Positions 47,924 to 60,021 of a stretch of DNA of 64,000 bases are shown here, piece by piece. The position numbers were made by a program, and so were the translations under genes. How positions within the stretch are numbered: the stretch's first letter is position 1; the number at the start of each line of letters is the position of its first letter. The DNA is from Euglena gracilis. Taxonomy: Eukaryota. The notes beneath the pieces were generated by a model. The model was not told where the DNA came from. It did no database searches and saw only the letters and a list, made by a program, of their open reading frames with translations. The stretch covers positions 30,384,395-30,448,394 of the forward strand of contig CP154954.1 of the NCBI GenBank assembly GCA_039621445.1. The letters are read 5' to 3'.

Positions 47924-49609
47924 AACAAAAGTACCTGCAGCGGGGGACCCGGGCGATTATTTCCCCCTGGTTTCCGGCTCCGTGGGGGGGGGGAATAATC
48001 AAAAAGGTACAGTAAATGCAGTATTTCGGGCTCATTACAGACGGCAAAGAGGGGGGAGTGGTCAGCGTTCGGCGGGAACGCTGTAAAAAGGACCCAACGG
48101 GTGCCGCTCTACAACAGAAGGCGCAAAATATTTCAAAAAATGCGGGAGCACCCCTTTGTCCGACTCTTCAAAGTGGCACACCGCGTCAGGGGTCGTAGGA
48201 ACCCGGTCGGTGGGCAAAGGAGGGGGTACATGAGCCCTGGGTGTTCACATGTCAGTGGGGGGGGTTGTACACGCCACCCAACCCACAACCCCTGACCAGG
48301 GGGTGATCGGACGCTGTGTCAAAAAACAACCCAATTTTCAAAGCCATCTTCAACCCCGACCAGGAGGGTGGTCGTATGTACCCCCGAAACTGTGACCCCC
48401 AACTGGGGGGTGGTCATTGTTCATGGGTGGTTGGTGGGCAAAGGAAGGAGGTATGGGGGCTGTGGTGAGTTGGGTGGGATGACATTGGAACCTTCAAGAA
48501 AATTATGGATGACTGCAGAAAAGCTCATACTGAGAACACATTTCCGCCAAAGAGGAAAAATTCACCTCAGGCTCAAAGTGCCAATTTTTTCCAAGTTGGA
48601 AAAAAATTCCCAGCAGAACTGGGGGGAGGGGCAAACTTGGCACGAAGGGTCCCCCTTGGGGACCAAAAAAAATTCCAGGGGAGCCGAGGGAAAAGTTTGG
48701 CGTAGAAATTGGCACCCCCCCCCAGAAAATTTGGAAAGCTGGCGGGGGGGGGGACTCCACCCCACATCGGTCCTTTAGGAAATTTAAAAAAAAACTCCGC
48801 TGTTCCAGCACAGTCAAGGACAAAAAACCAAGGAAGTGGGCAAGAAAAATTGGTATTTTTCGGCAAGAAGAGGTCGACACCAGGAAAAAAATGAGCCCTG
48901 GCATCCTTGGACCATCGTCCATCCACCCAAATCATCAAAAAATGTACATTTCAACTTTTGAGTTTTTGACCCCGTTCAAGTCCTAGTCCAGCCCTTGGTC
49001 GGCAGAAAGGGGGGGGGGCAGTCCTTAAGAAAACAAAAAAAAAACGTTCCTGACCCTTCCGGTTTCAAAGGACCGCCCTGCCCCCCCCCACACAGTTCTG
49101 TACAGCCCCTAGCAAATTCCGCCAAAAATCAAAAAAAATACACAAATGCAGAAAAGGCGCTTGTGCCCCCCTGCCTTGAGACCCATTTGAGGAATTGTCA
49201 GAACGCATTGCATCATCCATTGGGTGGATCTCAAGGAATCATTATTTTTCATTAAATTATTTTTCACGGCGGGAGGGGTCCCAACTCAGCCCACCCCACT
49301 CACGGTGGATGGGGGTCCCTCTTTTTTTCAGTGCGAAGAACTAACATTTTTGGGACAAAATTGACCCCCCGAATCCCCTGTCCCACCCCAGGGGCAGGTT
49401 TGGTGCCAACCCCTCCAGGTCCTAAAAAAAAGCATCTCACACCTCATCCATTTGATATTATGCATTTGAACCAATTTCTGAAAAGGGGTCGGACCAAAAT
49501 GAGTTCCATCTGTTTCAACGAAACCCAAGTTAACAAAAGTGCTGGGGGGATCGCTGGGGGAGGACCTGAACCAAAGCCTCACAAAATAAAGAATCACCAA
49601 GGTGAGTGG

Positions 49610-50370
49610 ATGTTTTGTTCAAAAAAGAACCCAACATTACACCACTTCTCAGACGCTCAATCCACCTCCATCATTTGCGGTGAAAGGATGAAATGTGACA
49701 GCACAGGAACACGCAAGGGAGGCACAGAGGTTGTGTGAAGCATGAGTTGGCTTATCGACTGCCCCCCCCCATTTGGTTGATTATGTGACAGGTTTGGGAG
49801 GTGTCCCAGTGGTGATGCCTTCACCTGGGAATTTACAGCTGGAGGTCTCGGGGGAGGGCCTAGCCCCCTTGGGGGGGGGGGTAGGGCCCAGTCCCCCCTG
49901 ATGGAGGAGTCTTTCACCTGTCGTTTTGGCTGCCCGACCCCTGTCAAAGTACCAAGATGTGGTATCATCAAGCCCTGTAGGTGGGGGGGGGGGCTTCAAA
50001 CGTGGCAAAGCGAGGTGGCGCCACGATTCCTATGCAGTGCCGGAATCGGTGGTACGGCAAGCAATCCTTAACTTAACGTGGATGCCTTCAATGAGGAGAC
50101 CACGGCCCGATTGATGAAATGACCCTCCATGGTCCGGGTCCAGATAATGAATTTTTTTCAAGATAAAAAATCTTCAAAAACCTCTGGTTTTTTTTAGATT
50201 TTCAGAAAAGCGAGGTTTCCTTCTGCCAGAGAAAACAAATTTCACAAAAAAAAATCCGAAAAGGGGTAGGGGGGTATCCGAGACCCTTTTTCTCGACCCC
50301 CCTAAACGACCCTCCCCTAAGTGACCCTCCGGGGTCCTAGCCGGGACCAAAGGGGGGTCATTCAGGGGGG
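49610..50370 (+). repeat. Third copy of segment 933-1690
   Basis: Direct repeat of the IR1 left arm, joined to the outer end of IR2 through ATGTTT microhomology. Confidence 0.88.
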
Positions 50371-50985
50371 GTAATGGTACACCCAGATACCACCTCCCCC
50401 CCCCTAATTGACCATGGGACCTCTCCACGGGACCCCCCTTTTGGTCAATTAGGGTGGGGTTCAATTAGGGGGGGGGGCGTCAATTAGGGGGGGGTACTGT
50501 CAATTAGGGGGTGCTTCGGCACAAAATCCCCCCAGGCAGTCAATTAGGGGGGGGGGGGCGAAAAAAATTTCCCCGGGGCGTTTGGTCAATTTGGGGGGGG
50601 TCAATTAGGGGGGGGGGTGGTAGGTGGCGAGAGTCATCAGCCCCCTTGGTGAGTGTGCATAGGTGTGTTTTGTGCTCCTTGTGGTTTATTGTTGTGAGGA
50701 AGAGCCGAAGCGTGACAGGGTCCGACCTCCGGCGCCCTTCGCCTGATTGTTGTGAAGGACCGCGGACCCGGAGATCTCTTTTGCGCCGCGTGCGAAAATG
50801 GTAGCACTTACCGCCCGGGAGGCGCAAAAAGCCACGTCCGTGACAAACGCCCAGAAAGTGTCATTTTTGGCTCCGGTAGGCCCGTTCCGGGGTCCTAGGT
50901 CTGGATAGCCAGGGGCCTCGTTTGTTGCTTTGATTCACCGAGAGTTTGTGATTTTGAGTGTGTTTTTTTTCCCTCCTGCAGTTTC

Positions 50986-51126
50986 ATGTCTGCATTTAGA
51001 TGCACTCGTCTCTTACGGAATGGAGACCCAATGCCTGGGATTTTGCAATTTGTTGACCGAAAGGTTCTTCGAGGCAAGAAGCCAATTGAGGCCGGTCGAG
51101 GATGGAGTGATGCCGAACTTCGGAAG
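50986..51126 (+). CDS. MRPL47: Mitochondrial ribosomal protein uL29m/L47, exon 1
   Basis: MSAFRCTRLLRN (short Arg-rich presequence)...GRGWSDAELRK, then GT donor. Polypyrimidine tract plus AG ends 4 nt before the ATG. Confidence 0.85.
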
Positions 51127-52535
51127 GTGTTAGTGCTGCCAATGTGACTGTGAATCCGAATGTGATACCCTCCCTCCCCCCTCAAAGTGTCCCCAAAGTG
51201 ACCAAAAATATTGGCAAGTTTTGGTTCCCCCCCCTCAAAGTGACCATTTTCCTTCTGTGCCAAAGGCGCCAAAGGCCGAAATTTGACCCCCCCCCAAAGT
51301 TTCCCCCCCACCAGAGTGGCCATTTTGGTGAGGGTATTTGACATCATCTTTGGTGCTGCGACAATCACCGTGTCTTTTTGTCTTGGAGAAAAAAGTGGGG
51401 GAAAAATGGCTGTGGCATTTTTTTTTGCTTTCAATTTTGCCAACTCCCCAAATAATAATCCCCCCAAAGCCACCCTTGGGCCCAAGGGACGGCGAAAAGG
51501 GCATTTTTCGACGTTTTGGGTGGATGGGCAATGGTCCGAGGATGCCAGAAATAACTTTTTTACTCGGAAGTCGACCCATTTTTGCCCAAATATGGACATT
51601 TTTCGACAAAATATTCCCCAAGGATTTTCCATTGAATGTGTTTTGATGGGAAGTTTTTTTACCCCGTTAAGCCCTTCAAGGACCGTGTAAAGCATATTTG
51701 CATATGTGCTCTTGACAATTGGCGGAAATTCAAAGGATTGTTTTTTTGTTGCATGTATTTTTTTTGGAAAAATCAGTTACCATTGACTTTGAGACCAAGT
51801 AAAGTGGATGTTTCCATAGTTCTGACATTTTTTTTGCCTTAACACCCTCAACCCCCCTCAAAGTGCCCCCCCCCCCCAAAGTGGCCAAAATTTTTTGGCA
51901 AATTCTGGTTTACCCCCCTCAAAGTGACCATTTTTCTTCGGTGCCAAAGGCGCTGAAGGCCAAAAATTTGACCCCCCGAAAGTGTCACCCCCACCAGAGT
52001 GGCCATTTTGGGGTCCCACAATGGCTGGAGGGTGGCCACTTTGAGGGGGTGTGAAGGTATCCAAAGGGCTTGAGCAGCTGAAGTGTGGGCGTGTTTTCAA
52101 TTTTTCATTAAATTAATTTTAATGAAAATTGATTTTTCGCATTTGATCCGAAGAGAATTCGGGAGGATCAACACATTTCAGGAAGTGTTTTCACCTTCAA
52201 GAGATTGGTCGATCTCCTTTAATAAAAGTTCGGTAATGCATTTTCCAAGCAAGTGCCAGCCCATGTGGAGTGTGAAGTATTCCAACACTCCAGCTAGGGA
52301 TGTCTCATAAACATCATTATTCAGCCCATCATGCCAAGCAATGTGCCACACAATATTGGAGTCCGGGTGTAATTTCACCTGTTGGGCCTGAACCGACCAA
52401 CACCCAGATTTATTTAAGCAACCCCCAAATATAATTAACCCCCGAAATTGGTTGAATTGAAGGAAGCAGAAAATTCCTGAAGTTAAGGCTTTTGTGCCTA
52501 ATATTTTGCGGATGTGAATGCCAGATGGTACAATG

Positions 52536-53236
52536 CAGGGTTGACGTTTTTTTTGTCTTTTTTTTTTAAAAAAAAACAACATTTTTTTTTTAAAAAACGC
52601 CAAAAAAACATGTTTTTTTGAAAAAGCAAATTGACCTTTTTCCTTGCGAAATGGCCATTTTTTGAGGAAAAAAAATTTTGGGGTGGTTCGGGTCACGGGG
52701 GGGGGGGGTCACGGGGAACACCACATTTTCGGTGGCCAAATTAGGAATCACCGAAAACGAATTTTTGGGGAAAATCCTTAAATCAGGAATCCCCACACCT
52801 AAAATTAGGATTTTGACACCAAATTAGGCATCACGATTCCAAAATTTGCAAAATTTATGCCTCAAAATTAGGAATCTACCTGAATATTTTGTCAAATTAG
52901 GCACCACCGACCAAGTTTTTTCAGAAAAAAATTGGCCGAAAAGGGTCTTAGGTCGGGTCACGGGGGGGGGTCACGGGGGGGTCACGGGGGGAACACCCCT
53001 CTAAAGTCATTTTCTTTATATGTGAAAATATTTCCAAATCTGTGTTTTCTGGTGCAAAAAATCACGCTTTCAACATCCAAAAAAATGCATGCTGCAGAGA
53101 TAAAAAAAAATGAACTTTTTTCTTAAAAAAAAAACGTTTCAAAAATTTTTCCCCCAAACCCTCCATGACGTTTTTTTGTTTTTTTTAAAAAAAAACATGT
53201 TTTTTTTGTTTCAAAAAAAACAAGCCGTCGGCCTTG
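52536..53236. mobile_element. hAT-like MITE in MRPL47 intron 1
   Basis: TIR CAGGGTTGACG/CGTCGGCCTTG; TSD GTACAATG/GTGCAATG; same family as 35931-36615. Confidence 0.78.
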
Positions 53237-53686
53237 GTGCAATGCAGTTGTGCAGAATTCTGTGGCCTTGTGTGTGTTTTTTTTGTTCACTGCTAAATAC
53301 AAAGCCAAAGGGCGGTAAAGGTAAAGTACGGTTAGACTGTGGGTTGGACCAACCTTCCAACCAACCCTCTTAAACCTGCCTGTTTCACCATTAATTATTA
53401 ACACGCCGAGTGGTTTTGCTTAAATTCGGATTAAATGGCCAACAGAAAAATATGTCTCTTCTTGTTCAATTAAAGGGAGGAGGAGGTTATCAGAGCGAGA
53501 ATACACGCAACAACATAATAATATCCTCGAAGTCAGTAGAGACTCCGCTATTTTTGTTTGTTTAATCCTGCTTCGCTTTCATAATTTCCTGCATTTTCCC
53601 TCCTTTCAAGAAATGCATAGAGACATGAAAATCCTAAAGAAATCATTTAAAAGCTTTGGGAAAGTAAACGTTTTTGGCCCCACCAG

Positions 53687-53869
53687 GTGTCCAATGAAGA
53701 CCTGATCAAGTTGTACCAGCTCAGTTGGAAGGAGCGCAATATGTTGTGGACAATGCAAGCGTGGTATCGAAGCCGGGAGATGAATATGCCTCATGCTGGG
53801 CGCATCACAGAGGTGCAGCGTACCATCCACGCCATCCGCTACGTTTTGAAATATCGTTATGCCGAGGGG
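53687..53869 (+). CDS. MRPL47: uL29m/L47 exon 2 (3' boundary approximate)
   Basis: CAG acceptor, phase 0. VSNEDLIKLYQLSWKERNMLWT...MPHAGRI..V matches the L47 signature SNEDLHKLW...KERNML.T...MP...R. Confidence 0.88.
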
Positions 53870-54582
53870 GTGGCATATGTTGTTTTTCATTGTGAGTTCC
53901 ATTGCTGTGGACCCTCCCTAAGGAAAATAGTCCTGCTCTGCGTTCAAAAATTTATTCCAGCGATTTCTAATGCCAAAATATTGGCACAGGGGGGGACACG
54001 CAAGCTGCATAATTTGCATTTTTTTGCATAATCCAATTGAAAATGAACATTGACTTTTTGAAATGTTGCATAATTTGCATTTTTTTTGCATCATGAAAAT
54101 TTTTGAAAAGTCGCATTTTTGCATTTTTTTTGCATATTTTTCGATTTTTTTTCAGGCATTTGCACAGGCAAAAAAGTCAAATTGCTCCACTGCCAGACAA
54201 CGGAAGTTGCATACTGCATGTTTCACATTAGCAAATTCACATTAGCAGTTGTTGTGCATAATGAAATATAAGTGGATGCAAATATATATGAACCACCATA
54301 TGATTTTGGAGTTTGCATCCACATTTTCCTTTGTTGCTGCATTTTTGGACCAGGTGAAATTTTTCTAAGTCCTCTCCAGTGGAAAAGTGTACAGTCACGA
54401 GGAGCTCCAAAGGGAACTTGCATATTTTTGCATTTTTTGCATTTTTTTGCAGCCTGAATTGGCAGCTTTGGGAAGCGTTACAAAAAATTTTGCAGCCCCA
54501 ATCAATTTGTCCAGTAGCTTTCATTTTCAGTTTTATTCATGAGCCCATCCAAAAATCCAATCTGTGTGGCGCAACCTCTTGG

Positions 54583-54935
54583 GGACAAAGCTGCCTGGCT
54601 GGCTTGTCCAACTGTCAGCTTTGCCTGCAAAACCACAGACAATCCCCATTCTTGGATCAACGCTCGCCTGAACACCCATGAAGGGGGGAGGGAAAAATTT
54701 TTCGGCTTTTGTCCAAATGTGGTGCCTGTTGATGGTTTTGGAGGTTTTCTGTTTGGGAGGCTTCCAAGAAGGCAGGAGGAGCTTTCGGTTGCTTCTGGCA
54801 GAAGTGGCAGGCCGTCCTCCAGACACACGATTTCATTGTTGACCCGGAAACGGGCGCGGTGACGAAGAGACTCAAGGCCAACAGTGCCTCCCCAGCTGGG
54901 GACGCCGTCGCACAGGGCGGGAGTCTGCAGGGGTA
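54583..54935 (+). CDS. Possible downstream exon(s) of MRPL47
   Basis: Coding-looking stretches DKAAWLACP...INARLNTHE and KWQAVLQTHDFIVDPETGAVTKRLK...*; junctions unresolved. Confidence 0.3.
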
Positions 54936-56594
54936 GGTGGACGGCATTTTTGCCACCTCTGCTTCATCATTTGCATCTGCTTGCGTGTGCGTGGCTGTTA
55001 TATTTTTTTTTCCATTTTTTTTGTATTCCAAACTGAGGTGGGGATGAGCCTGGCTGCCATTCTTCTCCATTTAGATTCTTACAGTCAATTTGTATTTTTG
55101 GATATTGCAATCCTTCATCCGCTCCTTGGCTTTTAAGTTTCAAAAAGTCCTGAAGAGTCAAAGTGGAAGATGTTGTTTTCTTTGTCCAAGGCATCCACAG
55201 ACCAAGGTTAACTTTTTTTGCAATAATGAAGGGGTTGATTTAACATCTAGGAATCCAGGAACATGAGAAAAATTTTTGGAGGTGATTCAGACGGGGGGTC
55301 CCGCCCCCACCCTCCCAACCCAGTGCCCCCCCTGCAGGGATCCTCTAAAAATCGGGCTGTCTGAGAGTACCCGTGCCTAGGCCCGGCCCAGGAACCCCCG
55401 GCCCTAGAACCACCCACCCGGGGGTCTTTCGAGTCAAAAAGAAGCCTGAGCACTGACCTCCTGAAAACCTGACCCTCAGCTCTTGGCCCAGGGTTGCAGA
55501 CCTCGGCTATTGTGAATTTTTTCCAAGAAATTTGCTTTTCTCAAAGGTTGCCAATTTCGGTGCTTTTCCGCTGGTGCCGTTGGGATCAAGACGTCACTCA
55601 ATGGGAGGGGAACGCAAGGGTCCAGCCAGTCAATGGCCTTTTTCCAGTCCTGGGCCCCAACCCTACCCTACATTTGCATTTGATTTTTGTCCAGCCGTCT
55701 GGATGATAATATGTTTTTGCTTTTAATGCAAAATGGACACATTAAATAATGGGCAGGAAAAGGGCTGCTATTTGTTGACTGCTCCGATGAAGAACCAAGA
55801 GAAAGAGCCAAGCAAGTTTTTTTTTGTTCGAGAGTTTTGCACATCGGCGGACCCAATGCTAAACCGATCGAATCAGACAAAGATGATCATCGTGCAGATT
55901 TTGTCCAAAGGGCATGGCAAAAGATGATGGGAGGGCACACTATCTTGTTGTTTTTTTATTGGGAGTTGGATATTCTCCACACAGTTTCTGCGAATGATGT
56001 GGCAAGCTTATTGCAACCTGATTGTGCCTGAGGGATTTTTGAGCAAGGCCATTTGTTTTTTTTCCCACCCAGGCAATGCTTATGCTTTGCCCCCATGGCA
56101 CCCTCGGGGGGCTTCATATTTCGGTGGCAAATTTAAACCCCCGGGGGTCCTAGTATTTGTGGGAGGACCAAATATTTGGAGCAGGGGTTTTCTTAAAAGG
56201 CCCCTAAGTCCCATGAGCTGGCCGGAAGAGTTTCTGGCTGGGGCAAAGCTGAAAACCTCCAATTTTTGGCTGAAAAAAATGCAACCCAGCTGGATTTTGG
56301 CTTTTTTTGCCTGCTTTGTTGGGGGTACCCACTGGCCTAGCTGCCTGCCAACCGGTCCCCCTGACCCCTGGGGGTCCGAACCTTTTTTTCAGGAAAAATG
56401 AGAGGTGCACAAAATAATTTTTAAACCCAAATGCAAAGCCAAATGTAAAGGCAGGGGGGGCTTCATGGGTTGCCCAATGCTCTGCACCAACAGTCAAGCC
56501 TCCATCCAGGTTGATCAGTGCCAGGGGTGTTCGTTTGGCCTTTGGTCTTGGGGCAGGACCCCGGTCTCTCCCGTCCTCTGTCGCAGCCTCTCCC

Positions 56595-56819
56595 ATGCGC
56601 GGCGCCGCCGTCGCGGCCCTGGCCTGCCTGCTGGCCGCCGCCCTGGTCGGCCCAGCCCGGGGCGGGGGCCAGCGCACCTGGCAGTCCACCTCGGGAACGG
56701 GGGTCGCTGCGCCACCCGTGGCCGGGGCCCCCCTGGTCGCCGCCCCCGCCCGGCTGCACTCCGCCGGACGGCCGCTGCCGCCACCCCCGTCCCACTCCCA
56801 CGGGGTCTTGGCCCGGCCC
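56595..56819 (+). CDS. FSH1-like hydrolase exon 1: signal peptide plus transit-like region
   Basis: MRGAAVAALACLLAAALVGPA..., GC-rich. Pyrimidine tract plus AG ends 8 nt before the ATG; exon ends at a non-conventional intron. Confidence 0.65.
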
Positions 56820-58308
56820 GCCCAGGGGGATGTGGGGCTTCCCCCGGGTTGCGTCTTCTGGTGGGTCAAAGGCGACTGTTGAACGGGAAGGAGGGACAAG
56901 GAGCGCTGGTGGGGTTGGTGCAAACGGCATGGCTGCTATCTTTTCGAGGCGAAATGCCCCCAGTTCACATTTTGTTTGGATTTTGAGACCCTTGAGGAGC
57001 AGCTAAGTTGTGTTGTTGCCATTGTGTTTTCGATTGAAAACACAAAAGGGGATGTTGGAACAGGAATTGCAGTGGAGTCTTCGTTATCAAGCATTTATCC
57101 ACCACAAATTTATGTCAGAAACGTGTTCTGTGTGGCTTCCCACTGTCATGGTTTGACCCAGAGGAGCCCAAGATTTTCAAGGTTTTGTTTGTTTGTAGCA
57201 GTTGATGTTTCCTTCTGTGCAGACCCCCCTGTTGATGCCTTCTCCCTCCAACCCGGGCCCATTGTTGGAGAGGATGTTTGCATCATTTTTGGATAATGTG
57301 GCTCCAACAAATACAGATGGATAGATGGATAAAAGGCACAATCACTGGGTTTTTTTGTTTTTTTTAAAAAAAAGTTTGGCTTTCCAAATGGATGGACATA
57401 TTTTCCCTTTCATTTTGCAATTGTGTTTTGTTTCCTTTTTTTGTTCTGTGCTTTTGTGTCTTTTTTTTTGGTGATCTTGATTCGTTTTGAACTGTTTTTT
57501 TTTTGTGTGTGTTCCTGACAGGTTGAATCCACTGCAATTTCTCAATCTTGGTTATTTTAGTATCAGAATTCACAAAATTGGTTTTGTTGTGAGCCCTTCC
57601 CTGTTGCTTAAAGTTGGGGTTTTAGCATTTTCAGGTGTTGCTCAAATTGGATTTGCATGAGCTGGTCCACAGTGATAGCATAAGCTTGGGCAGTATTTAA
57701 GAAAAGAAGCAGGTGAAGTTACACCCAGACTCCAATATTGTGTGGCGCATTGCTTGGCATAGCAGGCTGAACAACGATGTTTATGATTCACAATGCACCT
57801 TGACAAGCCCCAGCTGGAGTGGTGCCCTATCGAAGCAGATTTCTTCACACTCCACATGGACTGCCACTTGGAAAATGCATATCACGCACATTTTTCTTGG
57901 AGATCGACCAATTTCCGCAATCTTGCCTTTCCCTCTCCCTGTGTCCACGGCACGTTTCTGGGCTATTGCTGTGCATTTTCCATTGAATTTGATGCTGGCA
58001 CACTGTGCCAATGGCACATTTTTGTATCATTTTCGTGCTTTGGATGGGGGGGGGTATTTTCTCGAAGTTTGTCAATTTTGTTCAGAAAGTGTGGCAAAAA
58101 CCATTTTCAAAAAATCATCAGTTTGAAAAGAAAACCAAAGTGGAAGGTGATTTTTGTGCGCGTAATCCTCTTCTTTTTCTTCAATGGTCTCTTTCATGAA
58201 ATGTTTCTTTCGTTGCTTCATGAAAATGCTCAAGAAGCAGTGCCCAAAGCCTTTCAGCATTTTGCTTTTAGGAAACCGAAAATCTGGACCCCCCCCCCCC
58301 CTGTGGAC
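56820..58308 (+). other. Non-conventional euglenid intron
   Basis: CAG at +4..+6 (GCCCAGGGGG) pairs with CTG at -8..-6 (CCCCCTGTGGAC); phase-0 in-frame join. Confidence 0.7.
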
Positions 58309-58513
58309 CACCGCGACCGTCCTCTGACCGTTGCCGCACTCTCAGCTGCCCTGGCCGTTGCATTTTGGGGCGCCACCCACCGCCTCCTCCGTGCTCCCCT
58401 GGCCCTCCAGCACTTCCCCCGCGCCCCGGACGCCCTGGCACCCAAATCGATGGCGATGACCACCTTGGTGGGGGACCAGAGCGCAGTGTCGATGCCACGC
58501 GAACCCACGGCAG
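58309..58513 (+). CDS. FSH1-like hydrolase exon 2: second hydrophobic (stop-transfer-like) segment
   Basis: LTVAALSAALAVAFWGA followed by HRLLR...SMAMTTLVG; ends at G|GT. Confidence 0.62.
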
Positions 58514-59935
58514 GTGCATGTGGGGCCCTGCGGGGAAAGAACCAGTTCTGAACAAATGGGCATCATTTTGGGGGTATTTCAAGGGCTGTGGGAGTGGAAC
58601 CTGGCATTTGGAACGAAGAGGACAAGCTGGGCATGCCCCCCTACTGCAGCCCGGGTATGGGACAAGACGGGAGATGGTGTATGTAGGTATTTCTATTCCT
58701 TCTGGTGATGGGGATCAGTCTTAGTAGTAAGAAGCACATTGTGTGTCCAATGAAATCACTGAGGTGGCCGAGGATTGTGGTGCCCCTGGCACAATGGGAT
58801 GCAGGTTTAGGTGGAAGTAAATTTCTTATTCAAGCCTTTTGCATTCCGGTTCTGTATGAATTATTCTGTATGCTCGGATTCTGAACTGAAAGCATCTGTA
58901 TTTGGCGCATCATTATTTGGTACTTTCTCAGTCTTCTTTGAAAACCCTTGGTGACTCCTGAACCCTCCCTTTCTCACACATGGCACGAACCCGGGAGAGG
59001 GTGGGGGGGTTTGGTCAGGGGGGGGGTATTTAGGGTTAGGGATAGGGTGAGGTTTAGGAAGGAGATCTGGTTGGGGGTGGGGGGGTTGGGGGGTCCTGGG
59101 TTTGTGCTATATCTCCCCTTTCCGCCTTTTCCCCACCTGGTGGCCCATTTTCGCGGTGTTTGCATTTGTTTTGTGTTTTTGGGGAAGAAGAAAATCTTGT
59201 GGAAGTTCACAAATGGGTTTTGTTCATGTGCAATGTGTTTTGACAATCACCAGGAAATCTGCAATGCAACCTTTAAAGGAGCCAACGTTCCAAAATGCTT
59301 TTTCTTTTTCTGAGAGCAGGGGGTGGGCATGAAGGAGCACATTTCATAGAGAGTTGTTGCCGTAGTTTGGAGTGCTTTTGGATAGTGGTGGCGTGACATT
59401 GATTTCAGCAGCTTGGAAAATTTCTCTTTTTTGATTACGGATTGACGACTGGTGAATGAAGCATTTGTTTGGAATTCATTATTCAAAAATTTCCAGTTTT
59501 ACCAATGGGGGTGTGGGGCGTCTTTGCAGTTTGCAAGTGAGCATCTGAGTTTGAATTCAAAGAAGAGAACAGGCCAAACCTTTTCAGGACTGGAGCACAT
59601 GGTTTTAATCCACAAAAAACAGCTCCTTCTTGATCGCGATGAAAAGCAGTCCCACTGCAGGCTCCTGGATTAATGTATAAAAATATCGCATGTGTACTTT
59701 TGGATACTCCCCCGGGGGGTATCAAAGTGGACACTTGGTTGGCCACGGTATATGTGGGGTCAGTGAAGGGTTAGGGTCGGGACCAGCCGGCCGGATTTCG
59801 CCCCCAAACCCAGGCCGTGCGATTTCCAAAGGCGGCAAACAGGCAGGGGGAAAGGAAAGATAAAGGCCGCCGAACGGTCGGCCCCCCACAAGGGATTTGG
59901 CCTTTCCACCCTTCGGAGTGACTCCAAACGGGCAG

Positions 59936-60021
59936 GTGCTCGGACTTGCAATGTGGGCAGCTGGGCTGGTGTTGAGGCTGCGCGCGCAAGCAGATGTGTG
60001 TCGCGCGCGCAGGCAGAATCC
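59936..60021 (+). CDS. Possible FSH1-like exon 3
   Basis: CAG acceptor, phase compatible with exon 2; the donor would be GC, so uncertain. Confidence 0.35.

Larger units (their letters stand above)
43583..49615. repeat. Right arm of inverted duplication IR2
   Basis: Mirror of 38048-42268, with extra blocks 43806-44253 and 45084-48014. Confidence 0.9.

Noticed and set aside
55750-55930. Possible exon between the two host genes
   Set aside because: The frame breaks at a T-run, and there is no recognisable motif or consistent splice partner.
59029-59058. Telomeric repeat
   Set aside because: Only two exact TTAGGG units followed by degenerate ones, within an intron.
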